DNA of 64,000 bases. Source: Okamejei kenojei (Eukaryota). This document shows, in pieces, positions 61,822 through 64,000 of the stretch. Location of the stretch: positions 60,574,001 to 60,638,000 of the forward strand of contig CM069142.1 in assembly GCA_035221665.1 (NCBI GenBank). Direction: 5' to 3'. The notes beneath the pieces were generated by a model. It saw nothing but the letters and a program-made list of their open reading frames with translations, did no database searches and was not told the DNA's origin. The translations under genes were made by a program, and so were the position numbers. The number at the start of each line of letters is the position of its first letter. The stretch's first letter is position 1.

Positions 61822-62370
61822 TAGGGCCATAGTGAGACCACACCTGGAGTATTGTGTGCAGTTTTTGGTCCCCTCATTTGAGGAAGGACATTCTTGCTAT
61901 TGAGGGAGTACAGCGTCGGTTTACAAGGTTAATTCCCGGGTTGGCGGGACTGTCATATCCTGAGAGAATGAAGCGGCTGGGCTTGTATACTCTGGAATTT
62001 AGAAGGAGAGGGGATCTTATTGAAACGTATAAGATTATTAATGATTTGGACACGCTAGAGGCAGGAAACATGTTCCCGATGTTGGGGGAGTCCAGAACCA
62101 GGGGCCACAGTTTAAGAATAAGGGGTAAGCCATTTAGAACAGAGATGAGGAAACATCTTTTCACACAGAGAGTTGTGAGTCTATGGAATTCTCTGGATAC
62201 TTTCAAGAGAGAGCTAGATAGGGCTCTTAAAGATAGCGGAGTCAGGGGATATGGGGAGAAGGCAGGAACGGGGTACTGATTGGGGATGATCAGCCATGAT
62301 CACATTGAATGGCGGTGCTGGCAAGAAGGGCCGAATTGCCTACTCCTGCACCTATTGTCTATTGTCTATA
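61822..62370 (+). mobile_element. CR1 LINE 3' fragment
   Basis: FWSPHLRKDILAIEGVQRRFTRLIPG..RGDLIETYKI..RTRGHSLRI..QRVVSLWNSL, followed by the tail. Confidence 0.9.
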
Positions 62371-62661
62371 ACATTTAGGACAGGCCAACCATCGGCCACC
62401 CATCCACACAATATCCATGTTATCCCATTCTTAACACAAGGCACAATTTACAGAAAGGAGCTAATTGACCTACAAACCTGCACATCTTTGGGATATGGGA
62501 GTAAAACGGAGGTGCCAGTGAAAGCCTACGCGGTCACAAGAAGAACGCACAGACAGCACCTGGGTCAGCATCAGGGTCTCTGGCACTGTGAGGCAGCAGT
62601 GATACCACTGCGCCAATGTGTTGGCATTTAAACAATATGTTACCTCATAATCAGGGAGAGA

Positions 62662-62980
62662 TCATAAGATCATAAGTGATAGGTGTAGAATTAGGCCATT
62701 TGGCCCATCAAGTCTATTCCGCCATTCAATCATGGCTGATCTATCCGTCCCTCCTAACCCCGTTCTCCTGCCTTCTCCCCATAACCGCTGACACCCGTAC
62801 TAATCAAGAATCTATCTATCTCCGTCTTAAATATTTCCACTGACTTGGTCTCCACAGCCTTCTGTGGCAAAGAATTTCACAGATTCACCACCCTCTGACT
62901 AAAGAAATTCCTCCTCATCTCCTTCCTAAAAGTACATCCTTTAATTTTGAGGCTATGACCTCTAGTCCTAGACTCTCCCG
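62662..62980 (-). mobile_element. CR1 LINE 3' fragment
   Basis: Reverse complement of a CR1 tail with (ATCATAAG)n. Confidence 0.8.
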
Positions 62981-63255
62981 CTCTCCCTCCCCGCATCCAC
63001 TGTATTCAAGTCTTTCACAATTCTAGCAGAGGAAAAATAAATGTTTTGTTTTCTGTCCTTTGATTGATTAAGCTGGTTGCGTAATTATTTTTTAATTTGC
63101 TTACAGAAGGGGAACATCACTGACTAAACCAGATTCACTGTACCAGTGCTAGCTGAGCTGCTGGAGAGGAAGAGTGAATCACATTAATGGACCTGGTCCA
63201 TTAAGGCCACTTAAGGCTGCTTTGGAATTTTTGGAACCTATTACATAACAAGAAG

Positions 63256-63545
63256 GACGGCACAGTGGCTCACTGGTAGAGTTGTTGCCTTACAGCGCCT
63301 GAGTCGCGGGTTCGATTCTGACTATGGGTGCTGTCAGTACAGAGTTTGTATGTTTCCTCTGTGACTGTGTGGGTTTTTTCCAGGTGCTCCTGGCTTCCTC
63401 CCACAGTCCAAAGACTTACAAAGTTTGTATATTAATTGGCTTCTGTAAATTGTCCCTCCTGTGTAGGGCAGGGTTAGTGTACGGGGTGATCGCTGGCCGG
63501 CACGGACTCCGTGGAGCGAAGGGCCTGTTTCCATGCTGTATCTCT
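63256..63545 (+). mobile_element. HE1-like SINE
   Basis: tRNA head, V-domain and GGGCCTGTTTCC tail. Confidence 0.82.
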
Positions 63546-63862
63546 CAGAAGAATGTTAGAGAGATACAGCATTCCACATTCCAAAGGCATGCAGGTTTGT
63601 AGGTTGAATTTGCCTCTGCAAATTGCCCCTAGTGTGTAGGATGCAAAAGTGGGATGGCATAGAACTAGTGACAACAGGTGATCGATGGTCAGCATGGACT
63701 CAGTGAGCCAAAGGGCCTGTTTCCATGCTGTATCTCTATAAAGTCAGAAGTCTAAAGGAGGGGGAAATTTGAAGGGATGAGTTTCAAGGAAGGAATTTCA
63801 TTTGAAGGAATTTATTTCACTGCAGCTGTATTAAAAAGTGCTTCTATGGACAGACTACTTAC

Positions 63863-63908
63863 CTAATGATATGCTAAATAATGCTAGTACTCTTCGAGCA
63901 GTCACCAT
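63863..63908 (-). CDS. IGSF5: IGSF5-like signal-peptide exon (MVTARRVLALFSISL|G)
   Basis: Strong Kozak context (ATCATGG) and G|GTAAGT donor. Phase 1 joins the Ig-V exon to give MVTARRVLALFSISLGVCLSTAIIEGP, with basic, hydrophobic and cleavage regions in order. Confidence 0.8.
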
Positions 63909-64000
63909 GATGTACCATGAATTTCACGTCAAAGGCTGTGCCTGAAATAATAAAAATCTTGATTATTAAAAGAAATATAACAATAACCAGCTCTAATGCT

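Overview
Repeat-rich vertebrate genomic DNA, most likely from a cartilaginous fish (skate/ray type). This is inferred from HE1-like tRNA/V-SINEs with CR1-type tails and abundant Penelope-derived repeats. The only host gene I can reconstruct is an IGSF5/JAM4-like immunoglobulin-superfamily membrane protein on the minus strand. It has a signal exon at 63863-63908, Ig exons at 59347-59660, 47055-47358, 43347-43661 and 31045-31344, a TM exon at 23576-23695 and cytoplasmic exons at 20770-20794, 18031-18143 and possibly 14140-14201. The terminal exon was not identified. A ~16.0 kb head-to-tail duplication (27912-43912 / 43914-59910) doubles exactly the V+C Ig exon cassette. All 9 base substitutions between the duplicated exons change amino acids, and two create new N-glycosylation sequons. 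The copy nearer the promoter carries single-base indels that may be consensus errors. Mobile DNA includes a decayed DIRS1 element with a pristine ICR/terminus inserted into the TIR of a Tc1 element, a nearly intact full-length CR1 LINE, and a Gypsy element with inverted LTR ends and a perfect 5-bp TSD. There is also a spacer-less 204-bp palindromic MITE, hAT/Harbinger/P-like MITEs and Rex1 tails. The most striking small element is a 141-bp TSD-flanked retro-insertion (6356-6496, minus) whose first 54 nt fold into a complete minimal HDV-like self-cleaving ribozyme. All comparisons were made by eye, with no database searches.
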